A DNA stretch of 61,787 bases, filler included. It is 7 parts of 7 records of this genome, joined end to end, with 100 filler letters (N's around TTAATTAATTAA, not from the genome) between each part and the next. Parts side by side here need not be neighbours in the genome. Positions count along the whole stretch, not along the records: positions 49,531 to 55,778 come from DRR723986_4254; positions 55,879 to 61,787 come from DRR723986_4261; 5 more parts are not named here. One strand, written 5' to 3'. Position 1 is the stretch's first letter. Each line of letters starts with the position of its first letter. Both the position numbers and the translations under genes were made by a program. Below, piece by piece: positions 52,251-61,616 of the stretch. Below the pieces are notes generated by a model, which worked only from the letters and a program-made list of their open reading frames with translations, did not search any database and had not been told where the DNA came from.

Positions 52251-55200
52251 CCCTGCAATTCGACGCGGCGACCACCGCCCAGATCACCGCTGCCGACCCC
52301 GGCTCATCCACCTGGCTTTCCGCCAATGCGGGCAGCGGCAAGACGCGGGTTTTGACCGACCGTGTGGCGCGACTTCTTCTACAAGATGTGCCGCCCGAAC
52401 GCATCCTCTGCCTGACCTACACCAAGGCCGCCGCGTCCGAGATGCAGAACCGCCTGTTCAAGCGGCTTGGCGAATGGGCGATGAAGCCCGATGCCGACCT
52501 GCGGGACGACCTGTTGCAGCTTGGCATGGACGCGAGCGCTTTGACACCTGCGCTCCTGTCCCATGCCCGCACGCTCTTTGCCCGCGCGATCGAGACGCCG
52601 GGGGGGCTGAAGATCCAGACGATCCACTCGTTCTGTTCCGCCGTCCTGCGCCGCTTTCCGTTGGAGGCCGGGGTGGCCCCGAACTTCACCGAAATGGACG
52701 AACGCGCGCAGGCGATGCTCTGCGCCGACGTGCTGGACGTGCTGGCCGATGGCGACGGGCAAGACGCGGTCGATGCGCTGGCCGCGCATGTGTCGGGTGA
52801 CGACCCCATGCCGCTCATCCGCGCACTTCTGGGCAAACGGCTGAGCCTGGAGACCGACTGGCCGGACGCCGATATCATGGCCTGGTTCGACCTGCCCGCC
52901 GGTTACACCACACAAGATCTGATCGGCCACGTGTTCGAGGGGGACGAACGCGATATCTGCACAATCGTCCGCCAGCACCTCGACCCGGAAAATCGCAACC
53001 AGGGCGCCAATCACCGGCGGCTGTCGGCGATCAGCTGGGACGATCCGGGGCTGGCCGATATCGCAACGCTGGAAGAGGTCTTTCTGACAGGGTCGAAAAC
53101 CCAGACACCCGACAGCCCCAAGATCGGCAGCTTCCCGACGAAACCCATATGGGGGAAAATGGCCGCCATTCACGAACCGTTAGAGGCGTTGATGCTGCGC
53201 CTGGCAGAGGCGCGCCCCTTGCGTCGCGCCTTGGCAGCGGCGGAAAAAACCCGCGCCCTGCACCGTTTCGCCCGCGGCTTCCTGCCCGCCTATGACACCG
53301 CCAAATCCGCCCGTGGCTGGCTTGATTTCGACGACCTGATCCTCTCCACTCGCCGCCTGCTGGCCGATAGCAGCGTCGCGCAATGGGTGCTCTTCCGGCT
53401 CGATGGCGGCATCGACCACATTCTGGTGGATGAGGCGCAGGATACCTCGCCCGCCCAATGGGATATCGTCGCGCAACTGGCCGAGGAGTTCGCCTCCGGG
53501 TCCGGGGCGCGGGCCGATGTGGATCGGACAATCTTTGTCGTCGGCGACAAGAAACAGTCGATCTATTCCTTCCAGGGCGCAGACCCCGGCGGGTTCGACC
53601 GGATGCGCGATCATTTCGCGGCCCGCCTGCAAGACGCAGAGGCCGCGTTTCAATCCTGCGCTCTGGCCCATTCCTTCAGGTCTGCCCCGCCGATCCTGCA
53701 ACTGGTCGACAAGGTCTTTGAAGGCGCGGCCAGCGCGGGCGTGGGTCAGGACGTCACCCATATCGCCTTCAAACAGGATCTGCCGGGGCGCGTTGATGTC
53801 TGGCCAGTCGTCGAAAAAGCCGACAGCACGGAAAAACCCGATTGGGACGATCCCGTCGATCAACTGGCCGATGATCACCACACTGTCCGGCTGTCTCGTG
53901 CGATAGCGGCTGAAATCAAGCGCATGATCCGGGACGGCACCCCGATCACCGTTGAAGGTCAGCGCCGCGCTGTGACGGCGGGCGATATCCTGATCCTCGT
54001 GCAGCGCCGGTCGGACCTGTTTCATGAACTGATCGCCGCGATCAAGGAACAGGGCCTGCCGATCGCCGGGGCCGACCGGATGCGGCTGGCCGCCGAACTG
54101 GCGGTCAAGGATCTGACGGCGCTTCTGTCCTTCCTTGCAACGCCAGAGGATGACCTGTCGCTTGCCGCCGTCCTGCGCTCGCCCCTTTGCGGTTGGTCGG
54201 AACCGGCCCTGCACGACCTCGCCCATGGGCGCAACCGCGCCTATCTGTGGCGCGTCCTGCAACAGCGCCGCGAGATAGATCCCGACACCGTTGCAATGCT
54301 GGAGGATCTGCGAAACCACGCCGATTTCCTGCGGCCCTATGACCTGCTCGAACGGATCCTGATCCGCCACAATGGCCGTCGCAATCTGCTGGCCCGGATG
54401 GGTGGCGAGGCTGAGGACGGAATTGATGCGATGCTGGCGCAGGCGCTGGCCTATGAACGGATGGAGGTGCCCAGCCTCACCGGCTTCACCGGCTGGCTTC
54501 AGGCCGATGATGTGCAGATCAAGCGCGATCCGGGCAGCGCCGGCGACCAGATCCGCGTGATGTCTGTCCATGGCGCCAAGGGGTTGGAAGCGCCGGTGGT
54601 TATCCTGCCCGACACAGCCTTTCGACAAAGCAACCACACCGCGCCCAAGCTCTTTGCGCCCAATGGTGGCCCGGTTTGTTGGGCCGGGCGCAAGGATGAC
54701 AGCCCCGCCGCGATGCGTGACTTGTTCGATGAGGCCGCTGCACGCGAGGTCGAGGAACGCAACCGCCTGCTTTACGTCGCCATGACGCGGGCCGAAAGCT
54801 GGCTGATCGTGGCCGCCGCCGGTGACATTGAAAGGGGCGAGACCGAGGGCTGGTATCCCCATATCCTCGCAGCCGCCCAGGCCTGCAACGCCACGCCCCA
54901 CCCGATGCCCACGGGGTCGGGATGGCGTCTGGAAACCGGCGACTGGACCGGGATGGGGCAGGGCACCCCGCCCGCCGCGCAGTCCTCCGCACTGCCCGAC
55001 TGGCTGCACAGCCGCCCCAAAACCCGTCCCCGTGACGGAACGACGCTGTCGCCCTCTGATCTCGGCGGGGCCAAGGCGCTGCCGGGCGACGGATCAGGAT
55101 TGGACGAAGACGCTGCCAAGCTGCGCGGCCGCCGCCTGCACCTGCTCTTGGAACACCTGCCCGACCTGCCGCAATCGGGATGGTCCGCTGCCGCGCCTAG

Positions 55201-55624
55201 CATTCTCGCGGTCGAGGGAGACCTGCCCGACGCCGACCTGGCGGAGCTTTTCGAAGAGGCGACAACCTGCCTGACCAATCCCGCCCTCGCCGCGCTCTTC
55301 ACCGACGACGCATTGGCCGAGGTCACGCTGACAGCCCCCAGCCCAACCCTTGGCCGCACCCTTCTGGGCCAGATCGACCGTCTGATCATCGCCCCCGATC
55401 ACGTCCTCGCCGTCGATTTCAAATCGAACGCAACAGCGCCCGACCGGGCCGAGGACACGCCCGAAGGCATCCTCCGCCAGATGGGCGCCTATGCCGAGAT
55501 GCTGGCCGCCATCTACCCAGACAAACGCATCGACACCGCCATCCTCTGGACCCGCCCCGCGCAGCTGATGCCTCTGCCGGCCGAGCTCACCACGCCCGCA
55601 CTCCTCCGGGCAGAGCCGAAGTGA
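52247..55624 (+). CDS. addA: Double-strand break repair helicase/nuclease AddA
   Basis: SANAGSGKT, LVDEAQDT, VGDKKQSIYSFQGA, VHGAKGLE, RLLYVAMTRA, GQIDRL..VDFKS..QMGAY. Confidence 0.96.
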   Translation: MTLQFDAATTAQITAADPGSSTWLSANAGSGKTRVLTDRVARLLLQDVPPERILCLTYTKAAASEMQNRLFKRLGEWAMKPDADLRDDLLQLGMDASALTPALLSHARTLFARAIETPGGLKIQTIHSFCSAVLRRFPLEAGVAPNFTEMDERAQAMLCADVLDVLADGDGQDAVDALAAHVSGDDPMPLIRALLGKRLSLETDWPDADIMAWFDLPAGYTTQDLIGHVFEGDERDICTIVRQHLDPENRNQGANHRRLSAISWDDPGLADIATLEEVFLTGSKTQTPDSPKIGSFPTKPIWGKMAAIHEPLEALMLRLAEARPLRRALAAAEKTRALHRFARGFLPAYDTAKSARGWLDFDDLILSTRRLLADSSVAQWVLFRLDGGIDHILVDEAQDTSPAQWDIVAQLAEEFASGSGARADVDRTIFVVGDKKQSIYSFQGADPGGFDRMRDHFAARLQDAEAAFQSCALAHSFRSAPPILQLVDKVFEGAASAGVGQDVTHIAFKQDLPGRVDVWPVVEKADSTEKPDWDDPVDQLADDHHTVRLSRAIAAEIKRMIRDGTPITVEGQRRAVTAGDILILVQRRSDLFHELIAAIKEQGLPIAGADRMRLAAELAVKDLTALLSFLATPEDDLSLAAVLRSPLCGWSEPALHDLAHGRNRAYLWRVLQQRREIDPDTVAMLEDLRNHADFLRPYDLLERILIRHNGRRNLLARMGGEAEDGIDAMLAQALAYERMEVPSLTGFTGWLQADDVQIKRDPGSAGDQIRVMSVHGAKGLEAPVVILPDTAFRQSNHTAPKLFAPNGGPVCWAGRKDDSPAAMRDLFDEAAAREVEERNRLLYVAMTRAESWLIVAAAGDIERGETEGWYPHILAAAQACNATPHPMPTGSGWRLETGDWTGMGQGTPPAAQSSALPDWLHSRPKTRPRDGTTLSPSDLGGAKALPGDGSGLDEDAAKLRGRRLHLLLEHLPDLPQSGWSAAAPSILAVEGDLPDADLAELFEEATTCLTNPALAALFTDDALAEVTLTAPSPTLGRTLLGQIDRLIIAPDHVLAVDFKSNATAPDRAEDTPEGILRQMGAYAEMLAAIYPDKRIDTAILWTRPAQLMPLPAELTTPALLRAEPK

Positions 55625-55655
55625 TCTCCCACCTGGCAAGCCCGTTGCCCCGTGC

Positions 55656-55692
55656 TTTTCATCTTGGCACCAAATACCTCCGCCGGAGGCAT
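55656..55692 (+). repeat. Intergenic repeat element (copy 3)
   Basis: TTTTCATCTTGGCACCAAATACCTCCGCCGGAGGCAT about 30 bp after the addA stop; hairpin CCTCC-GCC-GGAGG. Confidence 0.7.
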
Positions 55693-55778
55693 CCCGCACT
55701 CTCATCCGGACCCGCCGCCTGACCCGTCACAGCGCACCCGCCACCCCTCCGTGGCAACGCGGCCCTTTGAGGCCTCCG

Positions 55779-55878
55779 NNNNNNNNNNNNNNNNNNNNNN
55801 NNNNNNNNNNNNNNNNNNNNNNTTAATTAATTAANNNNNNNNNNNNNNNNNNNNNNNNNNNNNNNNNNNNNNNNNNNN
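55779..55878. other. Artificial contig spacer
   Basis: N44-TTAATTAATTAA-N44. Confidence 0.99.
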
Positions 55879-55886
55879 TCTTCAGC

Positions 55887-56579
55887 CTATCTTTTAACCC
55901 TCAGCATCTTAGTCTCAAGTCTGTCTTGAGTCTCTATTCTCAAAGCGTAGATCCCACCACTTAACATTCCAGTCTCAAGTCTCAGAGACTGCGGGCCGGC
56001 CGCAAACTGTCGATTAAACAGCTGTGTAATCTTAAAGCCGCCGGTTGGGCTGTCCATTGTGATTATGCCGTCGGTTGCGAGTGTTGCATCGTCCGGAGCC
56101 GTTAGGACAATGCCGCTGCCGTTAAGCTCTTTTGCGCCCTGGTTGTTGTGGATTTCGCCCGTCAGCGAGGCGCCACCGGCGACGTATAAGTCCAGGGCTT
56201 CACCGTTAACAGAATTATTGTTAACATCTTCCCTGGTCCCTTCGCGATACCATGCGCCCATGTGCATGACTTGTTGGCCAAGTGGACCGCGCACGACATC
56301 GTCAAAAGCTACTGTTTGGGAACGTGTAAAACGCTGGTCGGTTTTGAGTGGAATCGTGTGTGCCACGGCGCGGTAGGCGTTGATCATCCCAAAAACCATG
56401 CGCTGCGCCCAGGAGCGCCGCAGATGATCATGCTCCTGCTCAATGTAATCGAACTGGATTGGCTGATCGTCGCCGTCAACACCGGCGTAGCAATCACCGG
56501 CGACATTCGGATCACCGTCGCTGCCGTCGCAGTTGGGCCAGGCAGGGCCGATACGGATTAACATTGCAAATACAGGCAC
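55887..56579 (-). CDS. Hypothetical protein ending in a partial T9SS type-A sorting tail; possibly a gene remnant
   Basis: C-terminal ITQLFNRQFAAG..LSGGIYALRI....ETKMLRVKR; no signal peptide and no YPNP-like start of the tail. Confidence 0.45.
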   Translation of the reverse strand: MPVFAMLIRIGPAWPNCDGSDGDPNVAGDCYAGVDGDDQPIQFDYIEQEHDHLRRSWAQRMVFGMINAYRAVAHTIPLKTDQRFTRSQTVAFDDVVRGPLGQQVMHMGAWYREGTREDVNNNSVNGEALDLYVAGGASLTGEIHNNQGAKELNGSGIVLTAPDDATLATDGIITMDSPTGGFKITQLFNRQFAAGPQSLRLETGMLSGGIYALRIETQDRLETKMLRVKR

Positions 56580-56580
56580 G

Positions 56581-56658
56581 GTCTTTGAGTCTCAAGACTC
56601 AAAGACAAGCAAGAAAAAGAAGCCAGCCGGCGAGAGTCAGCGAGAAGGCGCAGCGCTC
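56581..56658 (-). repeat. Degenerate intergenic repeat A, containing a 26-bp palindrome
   Basis: GTCTTTGAGTCT-CA-AGACTCAAAGAC; the minus strand aligns by eye with 61545-61616. Confidence 0.5.
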
Positions 56659-56721
56659 AAACAGCCGGCATGCCGCAGGCCCACGGCGCTCTTGTCCACA
56701 TTCAAAAACTATGGCAGAAGT

Positions 56722-58176
56722 TTAATGCTGCATCATGCCTTCGTGATCGTCCATGTTCATTCCAATGTCATCGGTGGAGACTTCCAGTATTTGCGTGTCC
56801 ATTACCGGACGGCCTTCCACAGCATAGACGCGGTGATCGTTGGCGTTAAGTGTAACCAGGACCTCGTAACGCCCCGGCCGCAAGTCAATGTGATGCCAGT
56901 CGTGATAAATCCGCGAATGTTTAACATCGTTGATGTACAAATGCGCATGCCCATCGCCGTGAACGTGAGCATCACCTACCGCATCGGCGTCGAACTCAAA
57001 GTTTTTGGTTGTCAGCTTAATATTGTAACCGGTGTGTGAGTCCTTAACGATGTCTACCGAAAGCTCCGGCTGTGTGGCCAAGTGTTTAGTCTCAATATGT
57101 TTATTTTTGGTATTGTGAACGTCGTGATGTGCAATATAGGTCTGCTCGGCAAACCCTTCGTAGGGCAGCAGCAATCCAAACAGTAAAAGCGGATAAGCCA
57201 CCACCATTACACCCGCGCGGACAAGTGGTTTCTGCAGGAAACTGACGTTTGTGCCAATAGAACGGCTGCGACCATCGATTAACATCACGATCAGCACCGC
57301 GTGAATCAGCGTGTGGCCGATGACTTCGACTTTGCCGAAGGTCAGGGTTGTCATAAAAAATACACCAGTTACCAGCAGGGCTACCGGCCGTTTCATTAGG
57401 CCAATGATTACCACAAAACCGAGCGTGAATTCGATGAATGCCGAGGCTTCCAGGAAGAAGTCCGTGTTTAAACCCATCGTCAGCTGCGGCTGATTGTACA
57501 AGACGTATAAGCCCCACTGCGGGTAGACAATCTTTTCGAGCGCCACCCAGGAAAGTGAAAAACCCAAAGTTGTTAACAGGACCGGCAGGGCGGCACGCCG
57601 CAATTTGCCCTGGGGAAGCGCCTGTGCCAACAGGAAGTACCCCACGCCCAGATAAATCGGATAATCGAGCATGTGTAAAACACCAAAGTCGACGGCGCAA
57701 AATACGTAGAGCGCAATTAATCCGAAGCCGGCAAATGGAGTGGTTTTGCGTGAGAGCAGCAACAGTGCCAGGCCAAACTGGTACCAGCCCAGCCAGGTTT
57801 CGGCATGGTTAAGTTCGGGGACTAAAACAGCATCATCTTGCCATGACAGCAGCAAAACGGCACCCAGGCCTATACGGATGACAATGTCGGAAGGCACGCT
57901 GATATTCGCCAGGATATCTTCCAGACGTTTATACAGTTTAAGTTCGGAGATTGTGTTCTCAAGGGCCGCAACAATGGCGACAACAGCAATTGACAGTAGC
58001 ATTAAACCCAGAAACACGGGCGTCACCGCGTCCACAATGTCAACTGGTTGATCGGCATAGTTGAAGTGCGCGAACCATTTAACGTGCGCGTGCAGGATGC
58101 CGGGCAGGAATGCACACAACAGCGCGGCAATTCCCGCCGCAAATACGGCGCGAGTTCCAAGCGGAGACCTTAACAT
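56722..58176 (-). CDS. DoxX-like multi-TM protein fused to a His-rich putative metal-binding domain
   Basis: Signal peptide then HVKWF; about 10 TM helices with LEK..YP and EVIGH; C-terminal HVHGDGHAHLYIND..Y.V.VTLNANDH. Confidence 0.75.
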   Translation of the reverse strand: MLRSPLGTRAVFAAGIAALLCAFLPGILHAHVKWFAHFNYADQPVDIVDAVTPVFLGLMLLSIAVVAIVAALENTISELKLYKRLEDILANISVPSDIVIRIGLGAVLLLSWQDDAVLVPELNHAETWLGWYQFGLALLLLSRKTTPFAGFGLIALYVFCAVDFGVLHMLDYPIYLGVGYFLLAQALPQGKLRRAALPVLLTTLGFSLSWVALEKIVYPQWGLYVLYNQPQLTMGLNTDFFLEASAFIEFTLGFVVIIGLMKRPVALLVTGVFFMTTLTFGKVEVIGHTLIHAVLIVMLIDGRSRSIGTNVSFLQKPLVRAGVMVVAYPLLLFGLLLPYEGFAEQTYIAHHDVHNTKNKHIETKHLATQPELSVDIVKDSHTGYNIKLTTKNFEFDADAVGDAHVHGDGHAHLYINDVKHSRIYHDWHHIDLRPGRYEVLVTLNANDHRVYAVEGRPVMDTQILEVSTDDIGMNMDDHEGMMQH

Positions 58177-58471
58177 GGTGTACCTGTTAATAAATGCGCT
58201 AAAAAACGCAGAGCAGATTTGATGAAAATGGCACCAGAGCGGTGCATGTATTAGGCGGCACAGTCAAAAGACAGTACAAATGTCGAAATTTTTGGGATGT
58301 ATTCGAAAAATAATTCAGCGGCAGTCCAAAAATCCAGGCAGATTGCGGCGATTATACGCACTTTGCAGCAAATTCAATATCTTTGAACCGGCGCGGATTA
58401 GAGTCGTATTTTCATGAGCTTGCGCCGTACTGCGCGGTGCACTGCCTGCCTGCCAGGATGTAGTCTTACAT

Positions 58472-60799
58472 ATGCCTAGTTCCAAAAAAATATCACCCTC
58501 AGGCGACAAGATTAGCGAGTTGCTGGCACGTGCCGAAGAACTGCAATATCGCGATGTAACCGCGACAATTGAGGTTGCCGAATCCGCGCTGGACCAGCTG
58601 ACGCGTGAACTGTGGCGCCATAATATTGACGTTAATTCACTCGATGCTGCGCGCCTGGAGGCAGCTCCTGCAGTAGTGCGCGCACGCTTGACGCCGCTGT
58701 GTGATCTGCAGCTCCTGCTTGCCAAAGCATATTACACGGTGCGCCGCCCGCCAGAATCGATCGCTGCGGAGACTGTAGCCTGGCGACTGGCTGAGCTGCT
58801 TAACGACAGGCGCCGCATAGCTGATGTACTTTGCCGGCAGTCCGAGAGAGTGGGGCGCAGCAACCATAATTATACAGAGTCCATGGAGCAAGCTCAGCGG
58901 GCATTGGAGTTGTATCGCAGCTGCGAAGACCCCGCCCGGGAGGTGTTTGCCCTGTCGCGGCTTGCATCACAGTCTACCACACGGGATAGCCTTGACGACG
59001 CCAAACGCTACATTGAAGAAGGGCTCAATTGTGAAGGCCTTGAGCGTTTTCCCACGGCTCACTTTATACTGTTGTCATCGCTCTCCAGCGTTGAGCACAA
59101 CCTTGGTAACCTGGATGTGGCGCTCGCGGCGGGGCAGCAGGCATTAGAGCTGAGTATCGACAATGGCCTTAGGCACAGTCAGGCGAGTGCGCTCAATCGT
59201 GTGGGTGCCGTCCTGCTCAACCTGGGGCGCAGTGATGAAGCCCTCGCGGCACATGAGGAAGCCTGTGAGATATTTCGTTCGGTGCCAAGCCGCACCGGCG
59301 AGGCCTTTGCACTGCAATTCTGCGGAATTGTTTTAAGCAATACGGGGCGCATTGGCGAAGCGCTGGACCAGTTTCTGGCCTTGGTCGATATTTATCAGGA
59401 GCTGGGCGACGGCCCTGAGGAAGCGCGTACCTACAACAACATCGCCAATGCGCTGCACTCTCTGGGACAATATGGCCGCTCACTGCACTATGCGCGGCAG
59501 AGTCTGGCGCTGCACAAGGATCTTAACATTTCGACTGGTGCGGCAATCGCGCATTCGCATATCGCCAACAGTCTGGGACGCCTGGGGCGCTACGATCAGG
59601 CGCTCGCAAATTTTAACAGCGCTACAACTATTCACCGCAAAGCCAGGGTGCGCTTCCAGGAAGTGGCCAACCTGGCAAATACGGCACAGATGTACCTCTC
59701 AATGGGCAACAGGGAGAAACACTTTGAGGTAAGCCGGCAGGTATATGCGATTGCGCAGCAACACAAGTATCACACCATCATAGCCTGGGGCAGTCTGAGC
59801 CTGGGGAACTGGTATGAACACACGGGAGACCTGCAGCGCGCCGAGCAACACTACAAGGAAGGTCTGGAGCTGGCGGTTGAATCGAATGACCCGCGTGGGC
59901 AGGCCAGCGCCTTCCTCGGTTTGGGCCGCATTCAGCAGAAGAAGGCAAACTTTGATGAGGCTCTGGCAAATCTTGAGCATTGCCTGGCACTGCACGAATC
60001 CATGAATGACCAGGCGCAGAAGGCCGGCGCGCGAATTGCAATTGCGCAGGTACACACAACGCGTGGCAACTTTACAGCCGCACACGCGGTGCTGGATACC
60101 GTGCTGGCCGAAGCCGAGGCGGCGGATTATCTGCAGATCATACCCGAGTTACACAAAGAAAAAGCCGCCGCGTATGAAGCCGAGGGCAAGCTGGCCGAAG
60201 CTCTGGAACAATTTAAGTTGTTTAACAGTAAACAACTCGAGCAGCACAACCGCGAATCGCGCGAACAGTTAAACAACCTGCAGGTGGCCGAAGATTTGGA
60301 GAAAGCACGCTATGAAGCCGAAATGCAAAAACAGCAGCGCCAATTGGTCGAAAAAGAGCTGGACCTGCAGCGCCGCGAACTCATGTCTCACACCATGATC
60401 ACCTCGCGCAATGGCGAATTACTGCGCGAAGTCTATGCGGGCTTAAACAAGCTGCAGAAGTCAGGCAAGTATAAAACTGCCGAAGTCAACAGTGTGCTCG
60501 CCAATGTTCTCGACAAGCTGGAGCCCCGGCAGCAGTCGGCGCAGGACTGGGAGGCTTTTGAACAGCGTTTCAGTAAAATTCACTCGTCCTTCCTGCCTAA
60601 ACTACGCGCGGATTTCCCGGCGCTCTCACCGGTTGAAACCAAGGTCTGTTCCTTGCTGAAGTTAAACCTGAACATCAAGGAAATGGCCGAACTACTCAGT
60701 GTGGGCGCGGATACAATCAAAAAACACCGTTACAATGTGCGCCGTAAACTCGGTCTTAAAAAGGGCGAAAATCTGACAAGTTTCTTTGCCGACTATTAA
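58472..60799 (+). CDS. TPR-repeat sensor with C-terminal LuxR-type HTH
   Basis: More than 10 repeats of about 40 aa (A....G......G....A....A); coiled coil; W..FE..F...H..F...L...FP.LS..E.KVC.L..LN..KE.A..L......KHRY..R.KLGL. Confidence 0.88.
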   Translation: MPSSKKISPSGDKISELLARAEELQYRDVTATIEVAESALDQLTRELWRHNIDVNSLDAARLEAAPAVVRARLTPLCDLQLLLAKAYYTVRRPPESIAAETVAWRLAELLNDRRRIADVLCRQSERVGRSNHNYTESMEQAQRALELYRSCEDPAREVFALSRLASQSTTRDSLDDAKRYIEEGLNCEGLERFPTAHFILLSSLSSVEHNLGNLDVALAAGQQALELSIDNGLRHSQASALNRVGAVLLNLGRSDEALAAHEEACEIFRSVPSRTGEAFALQFCGIVLSNTGRIGEALDQFLALVDIYQELGDGPEEARTYNNIANALHSLGQYGRSLHYARQSLALHKDLNISTGAAIAHSHIANSLGRLGRYDQALANFNSATTIHRKARVRFQEVANLANTAQMYLSMGNREKHFEVSRQVYAIAQQHKYHTIIAWGSLSLGNWYEHTGDLQRAEQHYKEGLELAVESNDPRGQASAFLGLGRIQQKKANFDEALANLEHCLALHESMNDQAQKAGARIAIAQVHTTRGNFTAAHAVLDTVLAEAEAADYLQIIPELHKEKAAAYEAEGKLAEALEQFKLFNSKQLEQHNRESREQLNNLQVAEDLEKARYEAEMQKQQRQLVEKELDLQRRELMSHTMITSRNGELLREVYAGLNKLQKSGKYKTAEVNSVLANVLDKLEPRQQSAQDWEAFEQRFSKIHSSFLPKLRADFPALSPVETKVCSLLKLNLNIKEMAELLSVGADTIKKHRYNVRRKLGLKKGENLTSFFADY

Positions 60800-60920
60800 A
60801 TATCCGGCTGCGCCGTCCACACTCCTCTTCCACTTTTTTTCCACCTCCGTTTTTGTGCCCGGCAGTTATCCTTGTACTTGAACAAGTCGGTTTGCTGTGC
60901 TTAGGGTGGAGGATATTCTG

Positions 60921-61520
60921 ATGGTGGATTCTGGTGGGCAATCACAGGACGGCAGTGCGGCTACACAATCGGCAGGGCCTGACCGCGCCCAGGAACGCGT
61001 GTTGCGCTGCAGAAATGATGCCGATCTGGGCAGTATGCTTGTGACGCTCAATTTTTTGCTGGGCCAGGTGCAGCAGTATTTTCACGAAATTCCAGGCAGT
61101 CTGGAGCAGCACAAAATTCAGTTGGATATTCTTGTTAGTCAAATGAATGCCTTGCTTTCCACTGCGGATCCCGGCCATAAAACGCCGCTGTTTGACTCGA
61201 GTTCTGCTTCGGAATTACAAGGTTCCAGTTGCGCACAAGTGAATCCGTCCGGTGATATCCGGCAGGAAGTTCAGGCTGATGGTTCTGATGATCTTTTGCC
61301 CTTCGATCAAGTCCTGTTGCGCCGTCATCCCTCACTGTCTTCGGCCGAGATTCGCGTTTGCCGCCTGGTAAAACGTCATCTCAACATCAGCGAAATTGCG
61401 GAGCGTCTTGCTGTTAAACCCGCGACTATCAAGAAACATCGCAGCAATATTCGGCATAAAATCGGACTGGTGCAGGGTCAAAATCTGGCGTACTATCTGG
61501 CGGCATTGGAGATTGCTTAG
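60921..61520 (+). CDS. LuxR-type HTH regulator with unassigned N-terminus
   Basis: HPSLSSAEIRVCRLV..LNISEIAERL....TIKKHRSNIRHKIGL; GGAGG RBS before ATG 60921. Confidence 0.75.
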   Translation: MVDSGGQSQDGSAATQSAGPDRAQERVLRCRNDADLGSMLVTLNFLLGQVQQYFHEIPGSLEQHKIQLDILVSQMNALLSTADPGHKTPLFDSSSASELQGSSCAQVNPSGDIRQEVQADGSDDLLPFDQVLLRRHPSLSSAEIRVCRLVKRHLNISEIAERLAVKPATIKKHRSNIRHKIGLVQGQNLAYYLAALEIA

Positions 61521-61544
61521 CTGCTGTCAATCCGGGCATAATCA

Positions 61545-61616
61545 GAGCACTGCGCTCCTCATTCTTCGTAGCTGGCTTTTTCTTTTTGTTAGATGTTGAG
61601 TGCCGAGCCTGAAGAC
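61545..61616 (+). repeat. Degenerate intergenic repeat B
   Basis: GAGCACTGCGC...GCTGGCTTTTTCTTTTTG...TTGAGT..GAG.CT..AAGAC, similar to the minus strand of 56581-56658. Confidence 0.45.

Noticed and set aside
53180..55009. 609-aa antisense ORF within addA
   Set aside because: Shadow ORF of a GC-rich gene with no recognisable motifs. The same applies to 7740-8948, 15337-16551, 28272-29429, 45189-46436 and 50526-51590.
49531..55624. Helicase-nuclease pair as an anti-phage defence system
   Set aside because: Motifs and order match housekeeping alphaproteobacterial addB-addA.
56581..56606. Palindrome as an intrinsic terminator
   Set aside because: No U-tract follows it on either strand, so it is kept only as part of a repeat.
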